From a virus (Duplodnaviria; Caudoviricetes): a DNA stretch of 27,833 bases. A program made the translations under genes and the position numbers. The DNA lies in IMG/VR virus record IMGVR_UViG_3300008116_004251, positions 1 through 27,833 of that record. One strand, 5' to 3'. Shown here in pieces: positions 10,449-19,681 of this stretch (within the stretch, counting starts at the first letter, position 1; the number at the start of each line of letters is the position of its first letter). Below the pieces are notes generated by a model that saw only the letters and a list, made by a program, of their open reading frames with translations, was not told the DNA's origin and did not search any database.

Positions 10449-13400
10449 TCAAAGAGGCATATTGAATCCTTTGGTTGTGTATGGATATAGTGAGAAACTA
10501 TTATCAAAGTTTATTCTATTGTTAGTATCATCATAAGTGACGCTAATACCCGTCTGAATTCCAGTATTGATTGCTGCACCAATGGCATCTTGAACTCTCT
10601 CTTCATTAAAGTAAAGATTTGTTTCTCCCTCATTTAAGAAGTCTGTACTAGTTAAGACTTCAGCAACAACTGCTGCTGGTGCAATCCAATCAAGAACTCC
10701 AGAACCAATGGTTCTCAACACACTGCTTGCAGTTCCAACAGTAGAAGGAAGCGTTAATGTATAGTTTGTATTTAATGTGGGAACTTGAAGTCCAATGAAG
10801 TTACTTCTATCGGACTCATAAATTCTAATACTGCCACCAGCAACTACAATATTTCCAGTAACATCTAAAGCTCCATTTGGAGTTGTTGTATGTATACCAA
10901 CATTTCCACTGAAATCAACAACAAAAGGTGTTGGATCATAACACTTCCAGCATCAATTCTTAGAATATTTACAGTAAGTCTTGTGGATCTAATACGAACT
11001 GCTCCACCAGAAGTAGAGAAGATATCAAATTTTGTAGATGGTATTGATGAATTAATTCCTATTGCGTTTCCGACGAAAACATTAGTTCCATCAAAACTTA
11101 ATGCACTTGACCCTCTAAAGAATCCACCATCATTATACTGTATAGAATTTACTGGTGCTCCTGGGAATCCAGTTCCCCCACCTGTAGCATCAAATGTTAT
11201 GCTAGCAATTCCTGCATTTTGAACTGCACGAATACTGACACCATACCCAACAAAGTTAAGTTCAGTAGCAACTCCAACAAAAGTTTTTGTAAGACCCAAT
11301 CCTGTAGAGACACCAACACGAAGAGGACTCGCATCAAAGGTTAATGTGGTAATTCCACTGATACTATCATGCTGAGTTGTAATAGTTGCTCCAATACCAG
11401 ACCTTAAGTTAAGTAAGGTTGAGAATCCAACATAAGAACCAGAAGAGGAAATACCTACACCAAATCTTCCAATATATCCAAACTTCTCCCATCTATTGTT
11501 AGAAGTATAAACCCATCCAATATAATCATTTATTGCCGGAAGTGCATTATACGTTACGTCACCTGGGTTTGCAGATTCTGTTGGAGTGGAAATACCTACG
11601 GTATATTTTCTAGGTATACTCTGGTCTCCCTGTAAGAGTAAAGAATTGGCTTCAATTCCCTTTGTAGAAAGTGATGAAATTTTGTTATTAAAGATAACAG
11701 GACCATCAAATTTAGAAATGATAGTATTATCATCTCCACCATCAACACGAATAGAACGCTTAACAGATACCTCAAGAGGACTTAATACATTAAATCCACC
11801 ATTTACTCCAGAAGTAAAGTCCTCACCAACAGTTGTCTGTATTGGACTATCGATATATTCTTCTTGTCCTGTTGTTGGGTTTACTTTCTTATTGTTAGTA
11901 TAAAAAGTACCATCGGCATTCATTGCAGAGAATACAACAACACCACCATCTTTTCTAGTTGCTTGTGCTAAAGATTCTTCACTAGCACTAAGAGTTCTAT
12001 TTTGCTTATCAGGTAAAGCAGTTGAGTAATTACCTGCACCATATCCAACATATTCAAAAGTATGTGCTGAAGCCCTAATTAAAGAGTTTCTACGAAATTC
12101 AATTGGTTGAGGATTAACTCTTCTTACAACAGAACCATTAACGTGAGTGCTCTTATTTGTACCAAGAACTCCACGGAACACAGTAATTGGATTACCTGTT
12201 ACTGTGCTTCTAATTCTCATAATTTCATCATCAATCTGCAGATAATCTCCAATTTGGAAATTATAATCCGTAACATTAGAAATACTGATAGTTGTAGCAA
12301 CTTCACTTGTAATTGCTGCAGAAAGAGTAGTTGTAATGCCAGCATAAGGAACTACAAGTCTACCGCCAAGATTTTCATTGTCTTTATTGACACTTCCACC
12401 ACCTGCAGCAAATCCTGGTCTATATGCAAAAATAGTACCAGAAGTTGCTGGTGCTGAAGTACTAATACCAAAATTAGCAACAAAAGTAGAAAGTCCTACA
12501 ACTTGCTTGACAACAAACTGTCCGTTATAGAAAGATTGTGATGCTCCACCAATAGCAATTGGACTATTTACATTTAATCCGTGAGCCAAAGTTGTTGTTA
12601 CGGTTCCCAAACCAGTAACTGGATTATATGATATTGAATCCACGTTAAGTGTCTTGCCTGTCAACACCACATTAGAATTTGCTGCAATTGTTACACCAAC
12701 ACCAGTTGTAGATATATTACTAATAGTTGATGCTGAAGATACGATTATCTCCTTTGATGCTCCAGTAGATATTCCTACAATTCTATACAAAGAATTATAG
12801 TTTTCATAAGTATTATCAATAATTCCAAAAAGATTTAAGGTATCTCCAATATTGCTATTAATTTTGCTTACAGTTAATCGCGCAGGAGAGAATCCAGCAG
12901 TGGTTGCAAGACCAACAACAGTCATTGTGTTGCCAATACCATAAGCACTACCACCATCCATGATGGCAATATTAGAAATAGTTCCAGCAGCACTTACTGT
13001 AACTCTTGCTGTTGCATTTTTTCCACATGTAGAATCCCCATATCCAACCAATTTACAGTTATAGTAGGTTTCAACGTTTCCACTACCAGAACCATAGTTA
13101 TTACCACTCTCAACAATACTTACGCTTGTAACTTGATTTAGACCATGATCTATTTTTGTATATAAAGTATGTGCTGTTCCTACTGAAGACGAAACAATAT
13201 CAGTAATAGCGATTCCAACTTTTAAATCTGTTAATTTTTTCTGTAAAGTTTCTTTAGTGATACTATTTTGAGGATCATCTACAACAACTTGACCCAATGG
13301 AGATGGTAAAGCAAATGAAGTGGATGCCTTAGGATCCGATAATGGATTATCTCTATTACTTTGAGGATAAAGGTTTTTAAGTGGTTGTAAATATCTCTCT

Positions 13401-16309
13401 CCAGTAAATGGAGCTAGTGTTGGAGAATTTGACGCATTGGCAACCAATAGATAGTAAATTCCATCTCTTTCGCCAGCAACATACTTCTGTACTTCCTCAC
13501 TCTTGTAAACTACGTAAGTATTCTTAAATTCTTTTTTCTTAAAATATGGAGAAGATGTACTCCTTAATGATGTATTATTTGCAAATGTTCCAGGATTATT
13601 TTTTAGAGCTACTGAAAACTCCTTGGTGCTACTAATACCAGCAACAACGAATGTTCCATTAAATGCTGTATTAGCAATTCCACTGGTGTTATTTGTACTC
13701 TTTATATTTAAGATTTCAACTTTGGAACCTACTTCTAAGTTATGGGGAAGTTCTGTTACAATTTTTGCAGTTTCTGCAGTCCAGGTTGCATTTGCAATTA
13801 GTTTTTGATTTCTTAATTGTGTAGAGTTTGCAAGTGTTGCGCCAGAAGGATTGAATTGATATGCAACTTCAGTGCTTGTTGGTGCAATTGAAGTATTTGA
13901 TTCTTGAATGACGTATCCATCTAGAGGAGCACTTGCGGTTACTGGAGAATCTGCTGGTATTACATAGCGAATTCTATAAACAGTATCAAAGACATTTCTA
14001 GTATCTTGTTTTCTCTTGATATAAGTTCTTGGCGTTGCCGAACCAAGTACAACTGTTCCAAGTCCAACAACTGCCGAATATATTGTATTTTCAGTTGATG
14101 CTGAAGATACATTTACATACCAATTACTATTTGAAGAATCATATTGAATTGGATGTCCTATGTCTCCTGGTTTCTTATCAGAAACTCTACTAATAATATT
14201 TAAAATTCCACCTCTATTATTAATTTCGATAGGAGTCAGACTAACAGTATCATTCAAAGTTTTAGCTAGTTTGATAGCATTAGATGCCACTCCAGAAGTA
14301 ATTGCATAATAAACCTGATTTGACTCTATGCCATCTGGAAGATGTCCGTTGTTTGATAATACCCTAACTGTCTCCCCATTTATAAATGCGTGTGGAGTAG
14401 TAAAAGTAATAGTGTTTGATGCAATACTACTAACTCCTACAGAATCTTTACCAACAAGATACTTTTTCTCAGATGAGTTATTTGCCCCACCAGGCATTAC
14501 AATCTTTGCGAAATATTCAGTAGATATTCCACTTCTTACAATTGAAACATTCAATAATCCATTTACTCTTGCACCTACGCGATAACCTTCAATCACACCT
14601 TCAGGCAAAGCGGATTGATTTGCCTGACCGTAAAGATACAATCTACCAGTATTTGCAGCACTTACAGTTTTGCTGACATCAATGGCAAGATAGTCAACAT
14701 TTACTTCTTCGGATTCTATTACTTTGGGTGGTATTATGTGAGTAATATAACCAACATCATCTTTTGCAAATGCATTTGACTTGAATCCTTTTGATACAAG
14801 TCCCTTTGTTCCAAAAGTACAGTTGGAGTTACTAACAGACTGATCTCCACCACTTTCCGATACAAATTGTTCGTAATATCCAATTGAGAAAACAGATACT
14901 AATTGGAGATATGCATCATTTATACATTTTACATGATAGTTTGCATAATCTGGTTTAAATACTGCCAGACTATCTGAAGAAATATTTTCATTTCCTGAGA
15001 CACTATTATCCTCATATATTCCTAAAGTTTGATTATACTTTACAAAAGCTTTACTATCTTTTTGTAATCCAACTCCAGTAAATAATGCAACAACCATACT
15101 CTTAAATCCAGATGCTTTGCTTCCATCTGCAAGCAAACTACACATTCCAAAAACGGATCTAATCGTAATATTAAGAATATATGGAGAAGCTGAAGTAACT
15201 GTATCAACAACAATACCCAATGATGCAGATCCAGTACCAGGAAGAATAGTTGTCGGTGAGTTTTGAACTTTATATTCAATTTGGGTTGAAGTATTAACTT
15301 TACTTACAACATATTGTCCGTTATACCCTGCAGCGTCAACTCCAGAGATTTTAATTGGAGTATCTACTTCCAACCCAGGAATTGATTCTTGAAGATCTAC
15401 TGTAATTGTTGTGCTTGTGATTACACCATCTCCAGCACGAATGCTAGAAATTCCAACATCAACACCGCGAGAACCAACAATACGGTATTCATCTACTTTT
15501 GGTTGAATATCAATTGATGTTGATGGGTAATCTGGTTGAACGTCACGTCCAGAAGATTGACCGTAAGCAAGACCAACCTTCTCATAATACATTTGAAGAT
15601 CAGTTCTATCCGTATAATGAGTTAAAAATGCGTCATCAATTTTAACCGGATTTACACCATCAGCATATTCAAATACTGTAAGTTTATGGTGAGAGAAATT
15701 AGGTAAGAAACTATTGGTAGTATAATCCTTATATGAAAATGCATTTGGATCTGCATCCAAAACAGTAAACTGCCAAAGGTAACATGCACCAGTTACTCTA
15801 AAAATAGCAGATCTATCAATATTTGCATTTTCTGGGTCTGGAACATATAAAGGACGAATTCTAGTCTTTCTTAAATCAAGACCAACAATCGAAGTTCCTC
15901 TAGGAACAATAACTCCACCATGAACTGAGTTCATTTTGTAGAGTTGATTTTCAGGTGAAGTTAAATCAAAATTGGAATTCAAATCTAAAGGTGGAAAATC
16001 ATTAGATGTGGATCCATTACGAAGAATATAATTATTACTGCCACTTGGTATCCATCCAGGTCTATTATCTACTAGGTGATCTCCTGGATATAGAAGAATA
16101 GTTGTCTTACCAAACCTATCATTATCCAAACCTGCCTGATATGAAAATCTCGATACTTCAATTAAGGCACGTTGAAGAGTTTTAAATGGTCTAGTTAAAC
16201 TATTTCCTTGATTTTCAATACTATCGGTTGAGTCAATACTATTTGGATCAACATATATAATCGTTCCGCGTACTGATTTCAGAAAATTATCGAGACGTGA
16301 AAGACCCAT
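10449..16309 (-). CDS. Very large tail fibre/tailspike-like structural protein, interrupted by a single-base frameshift near 10939
   Basis: 1814-aa ORF with N-terminal IYVDPN..D..D.....GNSLTRPFKTLQRAL (pectin-lyase-like/tailspike start) and repeated T..PH.L..G..V.I modules. After ~10939 the other frame continues DPTPFVVDFSGNVGIHTTTPNGALDV...YTLTLPSTVG into the 10449-10721 ORF. Confidence 0.8.
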
Positions 16310-16339
16310 CTTATTAATGCTTATAGTTCCGTTATGGAT

Positions 16340-16346
16340 TATTTAT
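16340..16346 (-). promoter_or_regulatory. T4-like late promoter (ATAAATA)
   Basis: Intergenic, about 30 nt upstream of the ATG at 16309. Confidence 0.7.
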
Positions 16347-16349
16347 CAT

Positions 16350-16377
16350 ACAACAAAACCTCCAGAAGGAGGTTTTG
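16350..16377 (-). terminator. Intrinsic terminator hairpin
   Basis: CAAAACCTCC-TTCT-GGAGGTTTTG, a perfect 10-bp stem (16354-16377) followed by TTGT. Confidence 0.75.
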
Positions 16378-16418
16378 AAGTCACACTTTTTGGGTCACTG
16401 TAACGATTCAGTATCGTC
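16350..16418 (-). ncRNA. Candidate ~65-nt small RNA
   Basis: Bounded by a consensus sigma70 promoter and a terminator; 5' mini-hairpin ACGAT-actga-ATCGT; no ATG within it. Confidence 0.4.
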
Positions 16419-17036
16419 TTAGTTATTATACCACGACTGTTCTTTCCATGTCAACCTTTCTTTGAGTTTCTTGTCAAAAACCATAAGATACCGATGTTTA
16501 CGACTCCTACTACGCCACTCACCATCAGCACCCTTGACGCTACCCCTAGAATGTTTTGTTCCGTCAGCATAATAAAAGTCTTTTTTGGGATCTGTTAGAC
16601 CGTAGTAAGTAAAATTACAAGCTCTGTATATAGTTCCAATGTGGTGATTAGCATCAGCGTAACTAAGAATAGCACGAACGCGGGCATCTTTCCTAAACCT
16701 CTTGATACAACGACTGACAAACCATGATGTAATATTATATTCTTCTTTTTGAACTTCTGGGTCTATACACAAACGAGAAAGTTCAAATAAACCTTCTTGT
16801 GCGTTTCTTTCTAGACCAAATGCACCTACGGCAATTTCTGGAACTGGGAGACCAGTAAAAATACAAACACCAACAGACCCGCCAATATTAAGGACATCTG
16901 TGAATGATTTGCGGTAAAGAGAGTAATTATATCCACTTTTGAAATCTTTTGATTCGTCTTTTAGATAATGATAGGTATAAAGAAGTTCTTTTATTTCTTC
17001 TTTGCCTACCCTATCTATATAAAAGTCAGATTTCAT
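16419..17036 (-). CDS. Mom-like (GNAT-fold) DNA adenine-modification protein
   Basis: YHYL, ELSRLC, LSYAD..H.GTIYRACNF.Y.G and terminal KHRY motifs typical of Mom-family proteins. Confidence 0.7.
   Translation of the reverse strand: MKSDFYIDRVGKEEIKELLYTYHYLKDESKDFKSGYNYSLYRKSFTDVLNIGGSVGVCIFTGLPVPEIAVGAFGLERNAQEGLFELSRLCIDPEVQKEEYNITSWFVSRCIKRFRKDARVRAILSYADANHHIGTIYRACNFTYYGLTDPKKDFYYADGTKHSRGSVKGADGEWRSRSRKHRYLMVFDKKLKERLTWKEQSWYNN
16425..16454 (-). promoter_or_regulatory. Consensus sigma70-type (early) promoter TTGACA-N18-TATAAT with extended -10 TG
   Basis: Minus strand reads TTGACAtggaaagaacagtcgtggTATAAT, inside the last codons of the Mom-like gene. Confidence 0.75.
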
Positions 17037-17046
17037 TTAGGTATTT

Positions 17047-17220
17047 TTACTCACTTTGTTTGCATTCTAACATATATTCAACAGTGTTTGCAACATCATT
17101 CATTGCATCACGCAGATGAGGTTGCTGGCCAGATTCTTGCTTAAGAATAGGTCGTGAATCATCAGTCAGCGTCCAACGCCACTGTTTCATTTCATTACAA
17201 TACCAAAGATTAACTTTCAT
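17047..17220 (-). CDS. Small hypothetical protein (57 aa, MKVNLWYC...)
   Basis: ATG at 17220 overlaps the end of the upstream small ORF; the longer track version uses a non-ATG start inside another gene. Confidence 0.7.
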   Translation of the reverse strand: MKVNLWYCNEMKQWRWTLTDDSRPILKQESGQQPHLRDAMNDVANTVEYMLECKQSE

Positions 17221-17368
17221 GTTTGAAGTGCTCCAGTTGGACCCAGTTAAGGAGTGTTTGGAATGCACTGATAGAGGCAGGAGTGCAGTTATCTTCCTTA
17301 AGTTTCTGAACATAATATTCAAGTGCTTCAATGACCATCTCGCGGTCAGTTTGTGAAATAAGTGACAT
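17210..17368 (-). CDS. Small hypothetical protein (52 aa, MSLISQTDREMVIEALEYY...)
   Basis: ATG at 17368 with GGAG-free AT-rich leader after tRNA-Thr; open to TAA at 17210; amphipathic helical sequence; below the ORF track length cutoff. Confidence 0.65.
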   Translation of the reverse strand: MSLISQTDREMVIEALEYYVQKLKEDNCTPASISAFQTLLNWVQLEHFKHES

Positions 17369-17389
17369 TTTTGGAGTTTTATGAACTCA

Positions 17390-17461
17390 AGCCCCCGACC
17401 GGATTTGAACCAGCGACCAACGGTTTACAAAACCGTTGCTCTACCACTGAGCTACAAGGGC
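17390..17461 (-). tRNA. tRNA-Thr(TGT)
   Basis: GCCCTTGTAGCTCAGTGGTAGAGCA-ACGGT-TTTGTAA-ACCGT-TGGTCGCTGGTTCAAATCCGGTCGGGGGCT cloverleaf; CCA not encoded. Confidence 0.95.
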
Positions 17462-17462
17462 A

Positions 17463-17732
17463 TTAATCGGCAGGTAACATTTCTGGATTTTCCAGTTCCA
17501 ACTCATATAAGAGAGGATGACATTCTTCAAGCATTAAGTAGTATGATGCTTGATAAAGGTCTTCTGGTTCAAATCTTCTTTCGTTATCTGCCAATTCGAT
17601 TAATTCCAAATCGAATATTGATTCGTCTGGAAGATCATCAAAAGTAAAAGGAATTTGATTTATGAAATACATTAGAACTATTTGAGTTCCGCGATTATAC
17701 CAAACGTATCTGGCATCTATTCTGTATTTCAT
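17463..17732 (-). CDS. Acidic hypothetical protein (89 aa)
   Basis: ATG ORF filling the space between the two tRNAs; upstream CTAAATA. Confidence 0.75.
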   Translation of the reverse strand: MKYRIDARYVWYNRGTQIVLMYFINQIPFTFDDLPDESIFDLELIELADNERRFEPEDLYQASYYLMLEECHPLLYELELENPEMLPAD

Positions 17733-17755
17733 AGAATAGTCTTTTTACTTTTGTT

Positions 17756-17762
17756 TATTTAG
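17756..17762 (-). promoter_or_regulatory. T4-like late promoter (CTAAATA)
   Basis: Intergenic, about 24 nt upstream of the ATG at 17732. Confidence 0.55.
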
Positions 17763-17775
17763 AGGAAGAACCTCA

Positions 17776-17858
17776 TAGGAACGGTCGGACTTGAACCGAC
17801 AAGGGCGCTGCCCGCGACATTTTAAGTGTCGTGTGTTTACCAATTTCACCACGCTCCC
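17776..17858 (-). tRNA. tRNA-Leu(TAA)
   Basis: GGGAGCGTGGTGAAATTGGTAAACACA-CGACA-CTTAAAA-TGTCG, long variable arm, GTCGGTTCAAGTCCGAC-CGTTCCTA. Confidence 0.95.
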
Positions 17859-17866
17859 AAAAAAAC

Positions 17867-18070
17867 TTACGCTTTGTAAGTACTAGGATTATACTTGATA
17901 TACTCCCAGAATGTCAACTTCATTTCTTTTTGTGACATTCCACAGTGTTTTGCTGCTTTGGGAAGATTCCACTTTGCAGAGAAAAGTGCCTCATTTGCTT
18001 CTTTTACATTCTCTGGAGTAGTTTTGACAGATTCCTCTTTAAGGTCTTTGTATGAGATTTTGTAAGGCAT
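17867..18070 (-). CDS. Small hypothetical protein, possible HTH (67 aa, MPYKISYK...)
   Basis: ATG at 18070; WNLPKAAKHCGMSQKEMK resembles a helix-turn-helix. Confidence 0.65.
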   Translation of the reverse strand: MPYKISYKDLKEESVKTTPENVKEANEALFSAKWNLPKAAKHCGMSQKEMKLTFWEYIKYNPSTYKA

Positions 18071-18151
18071 ACTTTTCAAAAAAGTAATAGGGGGCAATTT
18101 TTACCGGGAATTTTTTTGGACCTAAAATGGAATTAAAGGTCCATTTTAGTT

Positions 18152-18334
18152 TCAGAGAGGACTTGCGTATGAGAGTGTCTCTTCATCCACTGTAGCACGA
18201 ACGAACTCTAGCACATTCATAAACTCATCTACGGTATCACAGGTCACTTGCTTCTCTGACCCTTCGCTAGAGTACAGATACACTGTACGCTTGATGGGGT
18301 CCACAACGCAGCGTGAGAGGTACTCGTCTTGCAT
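18152..18334 (-). CDS. Small hypothetical protein (60 aa, MQDEYLSRCVVDP...)
   Basis: ATG at 18334; globular-looking sequence; overlapped by the tail of the upstream ORF. Confidence 0.65.
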   Translation of the reverse strand: MQDEYLSRCVVDPIKRTVYLYSSEGSEKQVTCDTVDEFMNVLEFVRATVDEETLSYASPL

Positions 18335-19101
18335 TCGGTCGTCCCTGGATAGTCTTTCCAACTATTCCCCTCATATTCTACATGAAGTGGGTTAACATCT
18401 TTTCTTTCCGCATAAACATGATAGAAGCAATCAATAGGCATTCCACCATTTGATTGAAGATAAATTTTAGAATCATCCCATCTCTTCACGATAACGTTTT
18501 GATGAGATCCAATTGGTTGAAGTTGCACTGATATACTATCTTCATGAACCAAATCTTTCCAATAGTCTGGAAGATTTATTTCAGTTTTATTCGTAACTCT
18601 ACCTCTAAAATATACACCAATTTCAGGTCCTTCCACACATGCATAAGACAATCTCCACCCTTTACCTTTAGATGGATGAACCATATCAAATGTTTTTCCT
18701 AGAGCATCTGCAGTTGCAAATCTTGCGGCCAATTTTCCTTTGTTACCACAGTCAACTTTTCCAGTAACAAATACATCACCATCAATATAAAGAACATCAG
18801 TTGTTGGTCCTGTGATGTAGACTGCGTTTTGAGTCTGACCGTCACCTTCAAATTTAGTATCACCTTTTACAAATAAAGACCTCTTTGCATTTGATGGAGT
18901 GTCTGGATTTGTTTCTCTACCAATCATCAAGGATGCTTCAACATTCCCATAATCACTATCCTTTCCAATATGAACTGGTGCTTGAAAATATGCAGATCCA
19001 TGAATACTTTTAGAACCTCTACCCAATGCTTCTGGTTTTGATGCTCTATTAGTTACGTGGAGTTGTCCGTGAACTAATTCAAAATCACTTGAACTTGACA
19101 T
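18244..19101 (-). CDS. Baseplate/spike-associated structural protein with beta-helix-like N-terminus and conserved C-terminal domain
   Basis: K.FD..HP....RL.YAC.EGPE.GVYFRG.......I.LPDYW.DLV...SISVQL.PIG motif typical of phage structural proteins; last ~33 aa doubtful. Confidence 0.7.
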   Translation of the reverse strand: MSSSSDFELVHGQLHVTNRASKPEALGRGSKSIHGSAYFQAPVHIGKDSDYGNVEASLMIGRETNPDTPSNAKRSLFVKGDTKFEGDGQTQNAVYITGPTTDVLYIDGDVFVTGKVDCGNKGKLAARFATADALGKTFDMVHPSKGKGWRLSYACVEGPEIGVYFRGRVTNKTEINLPDYWKDLVHEDSISVQLQPIGSHQNVIVKRWDDSKIYLQSNGGMPIDCFYHVYAERKDVNPLHVEYEGNSWKDYPGTTECKTSTSHAALWTPSSVQCICTLAKGQRSK

Positions 19102-19103
19102 AG

Positions 19104-19679
19104 TTATGATTGCGGCTTTGTTAGTTGTACTATTTTACCCAGTATAGGTAACGATGGTGTTTTGTCTGCACTCATAGAAGTCATCTTCTGAATGCTTCCA
19201 CCATAAATTCGCATAATATTTATTGCAGATTGTTGCATACTACCGTCAGTAAAAATACTGATGGATTCATTCGCATTTGCTGTGAATTTTTTGGTCTCAA
19301 TATTTACACTTTCGTTTGAAATAATATTAACAATCCCCTTACTTGGATCAGGTCCACGAGCAATTATGTCAATATTTTCAGCTTCAAGTCTCAATCTACC
19401 TTTTGTCTGAATTAGAATATCACTTCTGTCAGCATTGAACCACATCCCAAGTTCATCCTTTGGAATATCATCACCACATTTAACTTGATATCTACCTCTA
19501 CATCTAGAGGTCATCCATCTTTTTCTAGGAGCAGTTTGGTCTATCGTAATATACTCAAGAGACTCTTGCCCCTGAAGCATGACCGAAGACTTTACCTGAT
19601 CGGAATGAATACTTCCAAAGGTTAGTTGCCCGTCCTTTGTTCCTGTTGTCTTTGTTTCGTAATTTTTGGATTTTGCCAT
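19104..19679 (-). CDS. gp5 C-terminal-like beta-helical spike protein
   Basis: Short repeating beta-strands (DILIQTKGRLRLEAENIDIIA...IVNIISNESVNIET); downstream of the gp5-like ORFs. Confidence 0.5.
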   Translation of the reverse strand: MAKSKNYETKTTGTKDGQLTFGSIHSDQVKSSVMLQGQESLEYITIDQTAPRKRWMTSRCRGRYQVKCGDDIPKDELGMWFNADRSDILIQTKGRLRLEAENIDIIARGPDPSKGIVNIISNESVNIETKKFTANANESISIFTDGSMQQSAINIMRIYGGSIQKMTSMSADKTPSLPILGKIVQLTKPQS

Positions 19680-19681
19680 TT

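Noticed and set aside
10449-10721. Independent 90-aa gene
   Set aside because: Its frame extends upstream to ~10950 with fibre motifs; best explained as the frameshifted C-terminus of the large fibre
7365-15279. Numerous short plus-strand or alternate-frame ORFs within the large fibre genes
   Set aside because: Fully nested in well-supported long genes, mostly non-ATG starts, no recognisable motifs
17047-17331. 94-aa version of the small ORF
   Set aside because: Non-ATG extension overlaps a better 52-aa ORF (17210-17368); the likely start is the ATG at 17220
17381-17647. Plus-strand 88-aa ORF
   Set aside because: Antisense to tRNA-Thr and the 89-aa gene
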